Positions 39,307 to 48,165 of a stretch of DNA of 60,973 nucleotides are shown here, in pieces. The translations under genes were made by a program, and so were the position numbers. The stretch is from the NCBI GenBank assembly GCA_902790415.1, contig CADARU010000002.1:1-60973 (forward strand), read 5' to 3'. The first letter of the stretch is position 1; each line of letters begins with the position of its first letter. Source of the stretch: an uncultured Pseudomonadota bacterium. Its GTDB lineage: Bacteria; Pseudomonadota; Alphaproteobacteria; Rs-D84. The notes under the pieces are model-generated. The model saw nothing but the letters and a program-made list of their open reading frames with translations, did not search any database and was not told where the DNA came from.

Positions 39307-40675
39307 AATCCATATCACGCAAACTGATTTTATCACCATCAACTATAACCAACTTGCCTGATTTTATACCCGCCCAACGCGCGATATTAAATGCATCACG
39401 TTGCGCAAACAAATCAGGGTCAAATACAGGTAACACCCCGCGCGACAAACACAACTGATTTACAATTTGAATATCATCACATACGGCAATAATTGGTATA
39501 TCACTGCGGCGACAAGATATTTGGGTTGCCGCCAATGTATCACGCGCAAACACAACAATTGCCCCAACTTGGTTTAAAAATGCCATAGAAGAAACCGAAC
39601 GCGACCAATTATTTTCAGGTGCATAATCTAATTTCCCCCAATCGTATGGATTGTTTATCGCATCTGCATCAGAATAAGCCAAAATTTTTGCCATTGTTTT
39701 TATCACATTTACCGGATTAGAACCTATCGTGGTTTCTTCGGATGTCATTGTTGAATCTGCGCGCAAATATGCCGCCGTTGCGACATCACTAATTTCCGCC
39801 CGCAATGGAAATTCACTGTTAACCATACTGCCCAACATTTGTGTTGCCATAATAACCGGTTTATTTAACTTGCGACACTCGCGAATTATATGACGCGAAA
39901 TTGCAGGCACCTGTTCAAAGGGCAATTCAACCGCCAAATCACCACGTGCAATCATTACCCCATCGGCCAAGGATGCAATATCTGTAATTTTTTCTACGGC
40001 ATTTTTGCGTTCAATTTTCGCCATAATTTTTACCGGTTTATCGGTGTGTGCGGTTATAAAATCACGCACTTCGGCAATATCTTCGGGACGCTGAACAAAA
40101 GACACCGCCACCCAATCAGGATTTTTTGTTAACGCGTATTCTAAATCTTGTCTGTCTTTATCGGTTAGAACCGATGTTTCGACATCTGTATCTGGCAAAT
40201 TAAAACCGCGCCGCGACCAAATTTCTGTTCCGCGAACAACACGTGCCGATACAGAATTTTCGTCTTTTGATACAACCTGCATTTCAATTTTACCATCATT
40301 TAATAAAATTCTTTCGCCCACCTTCAAAGATTTCAAAACATCCCTATCCGGCAGATTTACACGTTTAGAATTCCCCGGTGCCGGATTTGAATCAAAAGTA
40401 AACATCTGACCCACAGACAACTTGTATTTTTCTTCGGTCAAGAAATTTCCAATGCGATGCTTGGGGCCTTGCAAATCAATCATTATTGCAATCGGTACTT
40501 CTAATTCTTGGGCGACGGCACGTATTGTATCTATTTTATGTCCCTGGGCTTCACCTACATCATGACTAAAATTCAAACGACAAACATTTACCCCTGCCAA
40601 AATCATTTGACGCAAAACATCCGGGCTTTCGCAACTGGGACCAATAGAAGCGGTTATTTTTGTAAATCTGTGCAT
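39305..40675 (-). CDS. pyk: Pyruvate kinase
   Basis: TKITASIGP......L..M...G.NV.RLNFSH, MIARGDL.VE, MLGSM. Confidence 0.9.
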   Translation of the reverse strand: MHRFTKITASIGPSCESPDVLRQMILAGVNVCRLNFSHDVGEAQGHKIDTIRAVAQELEVPIAIMIDLQGPKHRIGNFLTEEKYKLSVGQMFTFDSNPAPGNSKRVNLPDRDVLKSLKVGERILLNDGKIEMQVVSKDENSVSARVVRGTEIWSRRGFNLPDTDVETSVLTDKDRQDLEYALTKNPDWVAVSFVQRPEDIAEVRDFITAHTDKPVKIMAKIERKNAVEKITDIASLADGVMIARGDLAVELPFEQVPAISRHIIRECRKLNKPVIMATQMLGSMVNSEFPLRAEISDVATAAYLRADSTMTSEETTIGSNPVNVIKTMAKILAYSDADAINNPYDWGKLDYAPENNWSRSVSSMAFLNQVGAIVVFARDTLAATQISCRRSDIPIIAVCDDIQIVNQLCLSRGVLPVFDPDLFAQRDAFNIARWAGIKSGKLVIVDGDKISLRDMD

Positions 40676-40754
40676 TTTTATTCTCTCTTTTTGTTGATTT
40701 TTTCAATTAATTGTATATCATAAAAAGCATAAATATACAAGGGGGAAAACGAAC

Positions 40755-41003
40755 ATGAAAAACGCAAACCATGGTGCCATAGACAACCAACAGTTGATTA
40801 GCATTATTGAAAGAATCGAAAAATTAAATGAAGACAGCGCGGCAATCGCGGCCGACATCAAAGAAATTTTTAGCGAGGCCAAATCTGCTGGTTTTGACCC
40901 AAAATACATCCGCCAAATGATTCGCCTGCGCAAAATGGACCCGGACGAATTAGATGAAGCCGATGAATTAACACAAATGTATCGCAACGCATTGGGATTA
41001 TAG
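40755..41003 (+). CDS. gapR: UPF0335/DUF2312 nucleoid-associated protein (GapR-like)
   Basis: QLISIIERIEKLNEDSAAIAADIKEIFSEAKSAGFDPKYIRQMIRLRKMD matches the GapR pattern L.SIIDR.ERL....I...IKE.Y.EAK..GFD.K.....R.RK. Confidence 0.75.
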   Translation: MKNANHGAIDNQQLISIIERIEKLNEDSAAIAADIKEIFSEAKSAGFDPKYIRQMIRLRKMDPDELDEADELTQMYRNALGL

Positions 41004-41008
41004 GCTTT

Positions 41009-41326
41009 ATGAAAAAATTCACCAGAACTGTTGAAAATTTTACATGTATGAATTGTGGGGCAACGGTTCTGGGTAATGGTTATACAAACCATTGTCCAAA
41101 ATGTCTGTGGTCGCGACACGTGGATGAAAACCCCGGCGACCGCGCATCCAAATGTGGTGGTATGATGCGCCCCATTAGCGTTTCTATTGAAAAAGGCGAA
41201 TATATAATAACCCATAAATGTGAACAGTGTGGACATATCCGCCGTCAGCATGCCGCCCCCGATGATGATACAGATACTATCATTTCACTATCTGCGAATA
41301 ACGATTTTATATTTGGCAAACAATAA
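41009..41326 (+). CDS. RNHCP-domain zinc-ribbon protein
   Basis: FTCMNCGATV.GNGYTNHCPKCLWSRHVD...KCGGMM.P... Confidence 0.6.
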   Translation: MKKFTRTVENFTCMNCGATVLGNGYTNHCPKCLWSRHVDENPGDRASKCGGMMRPISVSIEKGEYIITHKCEQCGHIRRQHAAPDDDTDTIISLSANNDFIFGKQ

Positions 41327-41327
41327 A

Positions 41328-43262
41328 ATGCGCAAATGGTTTACCCAACAGAAATATAGTTTGTTTTTCTTTTCCGTATTGTTTGCGGCAATCGGTATGG
41401 GAATTTACTTTTCTTTATCTTTTGAACCGGGATTGTTTTCGTTGTGTATAATTTTGTGTTGTGGCATTTCGGGATTGCTTTGCGCGCGCAAATATAAAAT
41501 TTTATATCCTTGTATTTGGATGCTTGTTGGTTTTGGATATGCCGGTATTTATACACATACAAAAGATATTCCACAATTAAACCACGCAACACACAATATT
41601 GAAATAACCGGGACCATTTCAAATATTGACTATACACCCGACAAAACCAGAATCACCTTGCAAACCGAAAAGTTCGGTACCGTACGCGTATCAACCCAGG
41701 ATAACACCAAAGTATTTACCGGCGATATAATTACGGGTCGTGGCGGCCTGTTTCAACCGGCCCCGGCCCCAATGCCCGAAACATTTGATATGGCGCGTTG
41801 GGCATTTTTCAATAATATATCTGGCACAGGTTATATATCAGACCTTGCGATAATAAAACCACACACAACAACAAATGCTTCCACTTTTAGACAAAAGATA
41901 CATAACCGCACACAATCTTTTCTAACCGATGCACTGATATTGGGCTATAAAAACACATTGAAAAAATCGGACCGCGAAATATGGAACAAAAATGGTGTTT
42001 CGCATATCTGGTCCATTAGTGGTTATCACATGGCACTAATTGCAGGATGGCTGTTTGCAATATTTTATGTATGTTTTCGGTGTATTCCACCAATAACCCG
42101 CCGCATACCTGCGCGTATTCCAGCACTAATCTGTGCATGGTTTGGTTTAATTGGATATATGTTTTTATCCGGGGCCGGCGCGGCAACATTTCGGGCCTTT
42201 ATAATGACAACACTGGTAATGATTGCGTTTATTATGGCCAGAAACGTGTTTTCGTTACGGACCGCAACAATGGCATTTTTATTAATGATTATCATAAATC
42301 CCTATTATGTGATGCAGGCGGGCTTTCAATTATCTTTTGCGGCGATATTTGGAATTATATGGTTGTGGTCTGTGGCAAAACCAAATATGCCATCTGGGAA
42401 AATTCTAAAATATTTGTATACGGCATTTTTAACCGCATTGGTGGCTTTTGTGTTCACCGCACCTTTTATTATTGCGCATTTTAATTCAATTCCAATATAC
42501 GGAATTTTCGCGAACATAATTATCGTACCGATATTTTCTGTGATAATTATGCCAATGGTTATCATAGGAACATGTTTTGCAATGTTTGGAATACCGTACA
42601 TATTAAAAGCCACACATAATATATACGATATTATTATAAAGTATGCCGAACATGTATCTGACCTGCCGTTGGCAAACATAAACACCATAAACATGCCAAA
42701 CGCCGCACTGATATTAGTCATAATTGGCCTTGGGGCGATGATATTTTTACGTCCAGATAATAAAATAAAAAACATTTTCATCAGACACGCAAATATCACA
42801 ATCGCATCGGCATTCATTTGTTTGGGGTTAATCGTATGGTCTACAACCCAAACACCGATATTTTACCTCAGCACCGACCACAACTTAATCGCATCACGCC
42901 AAGGTGGCAAATTATATTTTAACAAAAAATCCGACAGTGGAAATTATTTTGCTTTTAATACATGGTTGCAATCAAATGGCGAATCCGGTGAATCAGAACA
43001 TTTAAAGTTAAAATCCGACCATGGGGTATATAAAATTTCAACACCGAAATGGACACTGGTTTATATTCAACGATTTGTCCCATTGGCAAAGAATCTGGAA
43101 TCTCTGTGTACGGATAAAAACATAAAATATATTGCATCGTATTACGATATACAATCCCAACATTGTGATACAAAGATATTGCGTGGTGGTGGGGTTATTT
43201 ATAAATCAGGATACTTTAATAAAACACCATCTAATCGCCTGTGGCATAATCGGCCCGAATAA
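41328..43262 (+). CDS. comEC: ComEC/Rec2-family competence channel protein (no obvious metallo-beta-lactamase domain)
   Basis: Start moved to MRKWFTQQKYSLFFF. N-terminal OB-like region plus a polytopic competence domain. I see no HxHxDH motif in the C-terminal ~170 aa. Confidence 0.7.
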   Translation: MRKWFTQQKYSLFFFSVLFAAIGMGIYFSLSFEPGLFSLCIILCCGISGLLCARKYKILYPCIWMLVGFGYAGIYTHTKDIPQLNHATHNIEITGTISNIDYTPDKTRITLQTEKFGTVRVSTQDNTKVFTGDIITGRGGLFQPAPAPMPETFDMARWAFFNNISGTGYISDLAIIKPHTTTNASTFRQKIHNRTQSFLTDALILGYKNTLKKSDREIWNKNGVSHIWSISGYHMALIAGWLFAIFYVCFRCIPPITRRIPARIPALICAWFGLIGYMFLSGAGAATFRAFIMTTLVMIAFIMARNVFSLRTATMAFLLMIIINPYYVMQAGFQLSFAAIFGIIWLWSVAKPNMPSGKILKYLYTAFLTALVAFVFTAPFIIAHFNSIPIYGIFANIIIVPIFSVIIMPMVIIGTCFAMFGIPYILKATHNIYDIIIKYAEHVSDLPLANINTINMPNAALILVIIGLGAMIFLRPDNKIKNIFIRHANITIASAFICLGLIVWSTTQTPIFYLSTDHNLIASRQGGKLYFNKKSDSGNYFAFNTWLQSNGESGESEHLKLKSDHGVYKISTPKWTLVYIQRFVPLAKNLESLCTDKNIKYIASYYDIQSQHCDTKILRGGGVIYKSGYFNKTPSNRLWHNRPE

Positions 43263-43974
43263 AATAGAGTCCGTCTGATGGTGCGGTTGCACCGGCCGCA
43301 CTGCGATTTTTTGCGGCAAAAATTTCATCTATATCTAAATCATGACCACGACCAATTTCAACCAGGGTCCCGACCATATTTCTGACCTGATGATGCAGGA
43401 AAGACCGCGCCGAAAATTCAAAAATTATTTCATCTGCATTTTGTTCTATACGACACGAATCCAATGTTTTTATTGGACTTTTCGCCTGACACTCGCTGGC
43501 CCGGAAAGATGTAAAATCATGTTGTCCAACCAATTTTTCTGCGGCCGCACGCATTTTATCTATATCCAATTTTTGTGGCACCCACCACACACGATTTTTA
43601 TACAACACCGGTTGTGCGCCGCGATTTAGTACAACATATTTATAATGCCGCATTACACATGAAAAACGTGCATGAAAATCATCCGACACGCGTTCGCACG
43701 ACAATACTGAAACCGGCGAATTTATCAAATAGAAATTCAATGCGCGCATAACGGTTTGCGCATCAAAATCACGTTCCAAATCAAAATGCGCCGCCATCGC
43801 AACCGCATGAACACCGGCATCCGTCCGACCCGCCCCAACAACATCGGGACGCGTGCCACAAAATTTTTCAATCGCATCCATCATCAAAGATTGCACAGAC
43901 GGTCCTTGGCGGTTTTCTTGCCATCCGATTAAATTCGTTCCATCATATTCAAGAGTAACTTTATATCGTGTCAT
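43231..43974 (-). CDS. truA: tRNA pseudouridine(38-40) synthase TruA
   Basis: RYKVTLEYDGTNLIGWQ, GAGRTDAGVHA. The 3' end overlaps the comEC 3' end by 32 nt (convergent). Confidence 0.9.
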   Translation of the reverse strand: MTRYKVTLEYDGTNLIGWQENRQGPSVQSLMMDAIEKFCGTRPDVVGAGRTDAGVHAVAMAAHFDLERDFDAQTVMRALNFYLINSPVSVLSCERVSDDFHARFSCVMRHYKYVVLNRGAQPVLYKNRVWWVPQKLDIDKMRAAAEKLVGQHDFTSFRASECQAKSPIKTLDSCRIEQNADEIIFEFSARSFLHHQVRNMVGTLVEIGRGHDLDIDEIFAAKNRSAAGATAPSDGLYFIRADYATGD

Positions 43975-43977
43975 TTT

Positions 43978-44169
43978 TTATCTGTACTTTTCATATCCCG
44001 GTTTAACTTTTACTTTTTCACACGCCTTGTCAAATTCATTAACCTTTTGTCGCAAATCACACAAATCAATTAACCATGCAAACATATTCAACAAAGTATT
44101 TCTAGAACAATAACTTTGCGCACGTTTTTTATCATACAAACAATATTCACAATGCATACAACGCAACAT
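43978..44169 (-). CDS. Small Cys-rich hypothetical protein (63 aa) inside the def-fmt-truA operon
   Basis: Exactly fills the fmt-truA gap (4 nt and 3 nt spacers). N-terminal CMHCEYC (CxxCxxC) plus three further Cys. Confidence 0.35.
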   Translation of the reverse strand: MLRCMHCEYCLYDKKRAQSYCSRNTLLNMFAWLIDLCDLRQKVNEFDKACEKVKVKPGYEKYR

Positions 44170-44173
44170 TAAT

Positions 44174-44977
44174 TTATTCCCCGTATTTTACTTCCGCACC
44201 ACGCAAACCGTTTACAAAACTGTTCCAATCCATTGGATTTTTACCCGCCGGTTGAATCTTAACAATTTCCAATTTGTCGCCATTTAATTTTGTGGCCAAT
44301 ATTTTAACATCGATACCATTTATTTTTGTCCGCCCCGCCCCCAGCGCACGAATTTGATTATGGATTTCTGTCGCAGTTTTTGACCAATCTATGATTTCAT
44401 CTGTACCAACAAATTTACGCGTATACGTTGGATTTCCACGTTGAGGCATCGCTACATACCCCTGAGGATTTGCCATATATTGGGCCAGCATATCTGCACC
44501 TATTTCAGAAACACGCGCTTCAATCGTTTCGTTTGTATCATCGACAGATATACCGAATTCCTGGCACATTAAAACATCACCCGCATCCAATTCAGATGTC
44601 ATTTTCATTAAACATACACCGCTTTTTTCATCGCCATTAAACAACGCGGTTTTTATTGGTGAAGGGCCACGATACATTGGTAACAAACTGGGGTGCAGAT
44701 TTACACAAGGCGCAGAATTTAAAACATTTTCACGCAACAGCGCGCCATACGCCACCACCACAACCATATCAGGCGAAAAATTGTATTCTGATGTTTTATG
44801 AAAAACCGGTATTCCTTTTTGTTCGGCCCAAACATGTACCGGTGATTTTGTTAAAACATGCTTGCGCCCAACAGGCTTAGGTCCGCGCGTAAAAACCGCG
44901 ATAACATCGTGCAAATTTGAAATTTTATCAAAAATCGGAACAACAAACGCAGGTGTTCCCATTAAAACAACTTTCAT
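44174..44977 (-). CDS. fmt: Methionyl-tRNA formyltransferase
   Basis: MKVVLMGTPAF..P, NLHPSLLPMYRGPSPI. Compact at 267 aa. Confidence 0.85.
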   Translation of the reverse strand: MKVVLMGTPAFVVPIFDKISNLHDVIAVFTRGPKPVGRKHVLTKSPVHVWAEQKGIPVFHKTSEYNFSPDMVVVVAYGALLRENVLNSAPCVNLHPSLLPMYRGPSPIKTALFNGDEKSGVCLMKMTSELDAGDVLMCQEFGISVDDTNETIEARVSEIGADMLAQYMANPQGYVAMPQRGNPTYTRKFVGTDEIIDWSKTATEIHNQIRALGAGRTKINGIDVKILATKLNGDKLEIVKIQPAGKNPMDWNSFVNGLRGAEVKYGE

Positions 44978-45474
44978 TTACGCCGCCTTACCTTGCGCAT
45001 AACCATTTCGCGTTTAACCGGTGATAAATAATCTATGAACAAAACACCGTTTAAGTGGTCTGTTTCATGTTGGACTATGCGGGCCGGTAACCCCGACATT
45101 TCGGCCCCCAAACGTTCGCCGCGTTCATTTGTCCATTCAACCACAACCGATTCCGGACGCGTAACATTTGCATAAACCGGCAAATCATCCGCACCCAACA
45201 CCGACAAGCACCCTTCTTCCATAACAACGGTTTTTTCACTGCGCGATTTAATAATTGGGTTTATCATCTTGAAAACTTCGCCCGTATCAGGGTTCATCAT
45301 GACCAGAAAACTTTTTGTAATACCAACCTGGGGTGCGGCCAAACCAACCCCATTTTGTGCCGCCATCATTTTCACCATTTCATCCATCGCCGACAAAACA
45401 TCAGACGATATTTCATCAACCGGCGCGCACTTTTCACGCAAAACTAAATCGCCACAAAGTTTCATTTGCAACAT
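44974..45474 (-). CDS. def: Peptide deformylase
   Basis: GVGLAAPQVG, EGCLS, HETDHLNG. Confidence 0.9.
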   Translation of the reverse strand: MLQMKLCGDLVLREKCAPVDEISSDVLSAMDEMVKMMAAQNGVGLAAPQVGITKSFLVMMNPDTGEVFKMINPIIKSRSEKTVVMEEGCLSVLGADDLPVYANVTRPESVVVEWTNERGERLGAEMSGLPARIVQHETDHLNGVLFIDYLSPVKREMVMRKVRRRK

Positions 45475-45509
45475 AAATAAATCCTTTTATAATAAATATA
45501 GCAAAGGAA

Positions 45510-46394
45510 ATGGAAATGACAACTTATATTTTAATTGCAATGTGCGCCCTGATAATGATTATGCTGATGGTGTTGTTAATGCGCCCGGCGGTGGTTGACA
45601 TGTCGGCCCTGCGTGAAGATAACACACGTTTACGTGAAAAATTGGCGGAACGGTTGGGTGTATTGGCCCAAAATGCGAACGAATTGAAAAACATCAGTGC
45701 CGACATCGCGAACTTTAAGAACATTTTAATGGGCAACAAACAGGCCCGCGGCACATTTGGCGAACGCCAACTGGAAGATTTGGTTTCCGACATAATGCCT
45801 CCTGAAACATACGCGTTTCAATCTGTCCTGGAAACTGGGGTTCGTCCCGATTGTATAATACGCCTGCCATATCCGCCGGGCGACATGATTATTGACAGTA
45901 AATTCCCATTAGAATCATATACCCGTATGACGAACGGCGAAAGCCAGGAAATGTACCAAAAACAGTTTGAATTAGACGTTCGTAAACATATTGATGCAAT
46001 TGCCGAAAAATATATTATTCCGGGCCGCACCGCAGACAGTGCGATGATGTTCATCGCATCTGAATCTATCTTTGAAACGTTGCATCGCGATTTTACATCT
46101 GTCATTGACTATGCCGCGCGCCGCAAAGTATTTATTGTATCCCCGTCAACATTATGGGCAACACTAAACACAATTCGTGCGGTTTTATCAGATATAAAAA
46201 TCAAACGCGTTGCCGGTCAAATCAAAAAAGAACTGGATTTATTATTGACCGATTTGGCACGCCTGGGCGAACGCGCCGCCAAGGTTCAAAATCACTTTGC
46301 AATGGCACAATCTGACATTGAACAATTACAAATATCTGTTGGTAAAATCACGCCACGCGCCGAAAAGATTAAAGAATTGGACTTTGATAAATAA
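45510..46394 (+). CDS. rmuC: DNA recombination protein RmuC (short form)
   Basis: N-terminal TM and coiled coil, then ...GERQLEDL......F..Q.......RPD......P......IDSKFPLE.Y. Confidence 0.7.
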   Translation: MEMTTYILIAMCALIMIMLMVLLMRPAVVDMSALREDNTRLREKLAERLGVLAQNANELKNISADIANFKNILMGNKQARGTFGERQLEDLVSDIMPPETYAFQSVLETGVRPDCIIRLPYPPGDMIIDSKFPLESYTRMTNGESQEMYQKQFELDVRKHIDAIAEKYIIPGRTADSAMMFIASESIFETLHRDFTSVIDYAARRKVFIVSPSTLWATLNTIRAVLSDIKIKRVAGQIKKELDLLLTDLARLGERAAKVQNHFAMAQSDIEQLQISVGKITPRAEKIKELDFDK

Positions 46395-46396
46395 CA

Positions 46397-46418
46397 AACG
46401 GGTGCAATCGCACCCGTT
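46397..46418 (+). terminator. Intrinsic terminator-like hairpin after rmuC
   Basis: AACGGGTGC-AATC-GCACCCGTT. The downstream T-run is weak, and the repeat copy follows directly. Confidence 0.55.
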
Positions 46419-46419
46419 A

Positions 46420-46450
46420 ACTAACCACTAGCCACTAATACTAACCACTT
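46420..46450. repeat. Dispersed short repeat, copy 3 (two ACTAACCACT cores, opposite orientation to copies 1 and 2)
   Basis: ACTAACCACT at 46420-46429 and 46440-46449. AATACTAACCACT (46437-46449) is identical to 59903-59915. Overlaps the stop of the HAD gene. Confidence 0.8.
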
Positions 46451-47045
46451 ACTTTGGCATACCTGTTTTTGGATTTATCCAAATTTGTTGGTCGGCTATT
46501 TCCATCATCGGCATATCACTTTTATTGTCTGAATATGCACGAACAACATGCGGAATAAATTTATTATCACGCGCCCATTCATCCATTGCATAAACTTTAT
46601 TTATCCCCAAACACAAAAATTTATATTTCCACGGTTTATTTGGCATCATTTTTGAACAAATAACCGCATCAAATTTCATATCACGCACCAGTTTTGGTAT
46701 TAAATAATCTGCTGATGCAGACACCAATAAAACCTTGTTACCGGCCGCACGTTCCGCCGCAACGCGTTCCGCAGCCCACCCAAAACGATTACGTTTATGC
46801 ATTTCGATAAAGCCTGGGACAAAACGTTTTACAATCTTTGTTGTAACAAATCTACGAATATGCTCACGCCACCAAATCCCCTCAGGATTAAAAAGGCGCA
46901 CAATCATACATATCACCACCAAAGGCAAAAATAACCATGGACGCAAACTATGTTTCATACAATACTTAGCAAAAGCCAGATTAGAATCAGGCCAAGACAA
47001 CGTCCCATCAAAATCAAACAAAACAACATTTACCGGTTTCTGCAT
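46449..47045 (-). CDS. HAD-IB family hydrolase, PgpC/YfhB-like (possible phosphatidylglycerophosphatase)
   Basis: VVLFDFDGTLS motif I followed by a hydrophobic segment (LRPWLFLPLVVICMIVRLF), then YSDNKSDMPM, as in YfhB-type HAD proteins. Confidence 0.6.
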   Translation of the reverse strand: MQKPVNVVLFDFDGTLSWPDSNLAFAKYCMKHSLRPWLFLPLVVICMIVRLFNPEGIWWREHIRRFVTTKIVKRFVPGFIEMHKRNRFGWAAERVAAERAAGNKVLLVSASADYLIPKLVRDMKFDAVICSKMMPNKPWKYKFLCLGINKVYAMDEWARDNKFIPHVVRAYSDNKSDMPMMEIADQQIWINPKTGMPK

Positions 47046-47167
47046 AAATCATCCTTTTTCTGCATTATAAATAACAAATATAAATCTTGCAACAATTAGT
47101 AGTTTTTGCTATGAATTAAGCGATAATTGGGAGCAAGAGAGACACAAAGGATAAAAGGACATGTAAT

Positions 47168-48139
47168 ATGAAGACCTATCTTGATATTTGCCAAGAAATT
47201 TTAGATACAAAAACAAATCTTTCAGACAACAGAACCGGTATAAAAACATTACGCAATCCTGCGGGTGCAACATTTATACATGATATGGATATGGGCTTTC
47301 CATTGGTTACAACAAAAAAAATGGGATTAAAAAATATTGCAACCGAACTGGAATTTTTCATCAAAGGGATTACAGATAAAAAATGGCTACAAGACCGCAA
47401 ATGCACTATTTGGGACGAATGGGCCAGTGCAACAAAATGGCAACGCACTTTTCAACAAAAATTAGCAAACACACAAATTGAAAAACAACGCAAATTAACC
47501 GACCAAGAAATCCAAGAATTAAAAAACCAGTGTATGAACGCGGAACGCGACTTGGGTCCAATTTACGGATTTCAATGGCGGCACTTTGGTGGAAAATATG
47601 AATTTGACCCGGCACGCATAGATAAAGATGCAACAGATAATTATGATATAACTAACCGCGGTATTGATCAGGTCAGCAACGCCATAGAAAAACTAAAAAC
47701 CGACCCTACCAATCGCCGCATAATTGTTAACGCATGGAATCCAGTTGATGAATACAAAATGGCTTTACCGCCCTGCCACATTATGCATCAACTGTTGGTT
47801 GACGGAAACAGATTGAATTTAATATGGACACAACGTTCTTGCGATATGTTCTTGGGGGTGCCATATAACATCGCATCGTATGCATTGTTACTTATGCTCT
47901 ATGCCAAAGAGGCGGGATTAAAACCGGGCATCTTAAAAGGTGAACTGCATGATGCACATATTTATGAAAATCATATTCCGCAAATGCGCGAACAAATTTC
48001 ACGTGTACCATACGAATTGCCAACCGTTGAAATTCCAAACGAAAATTGGAACGGTATGTTGGCATGGCAGGCGGCAAACGGTTTCAAACTAAACAATTAT
48101 AAATGCCACGACAGATTACGTGGTGATGTTGCGCGTTAA
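47168..48139 (+). CDS. thyA: Thymidylate synthase ThyA (long form with insert)
   Basis: RTG..T......A.........GFPL.TTKK, LPPCH, RSCDMFLGVPYNIASYALL. An extra segment of about 50 aa (WQRTFQQKLANTQIEKQRKLTDQEIQELKNQ) is present. Confidence 0.9.
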   Translation: MKTYLDICQEILDTKTNLSDNRTGIKTLRNPAGATFIHDMDMGFPLVTTKKMGLKNIATELEFFIKGITDKKWLQDRKCTIWDEWASATKWQRTFQQKLANTQIEKQRKLTDQEIQELKNQCMNAERDLGPIYGFQWRHFGGKYEFDPARIDKDATDNYDITNRGIDQVSNAIEKLKTDPTNRRIIVNAWNPVDEYKMALPPCHIMHQLLVDGNRLNLIWTQRSCDMFLGVPYNIASYALLLMLYAKEAGLKPGILKGELHDAHIYENHIPQMREQISRVPYELPTVEIPNENWNGMLAWQAANGFKLNNYKCHDRLRGDVAR

Positions 48140-48140
48140 A

Positions 48141-48165
48141 AAATGGGGCAATGCCCCATTTTTAT
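48141..48165. terminator. Bidirectional intrinsic terminator between thyA and the RND pump gene
   Basis: AAAATGGGG-CAATG-CCCCATTTTT. Confidence 0.75.

Noticed and set aside
40718-41251. 177-aa minus-strand ORF
   Set aside because: It overlaps two well-supported + strand genes (GapR-like and RNHCP). No independent support.
43231-43262. 32-nt convergent overlap of the comEC and truA 3' ends as a possible annotation error or frameshift
   Set aside because: Both frames are open with sensible C-termini and no alternative earlier stop. Convergent overlaps of this size occur in compact genomes.
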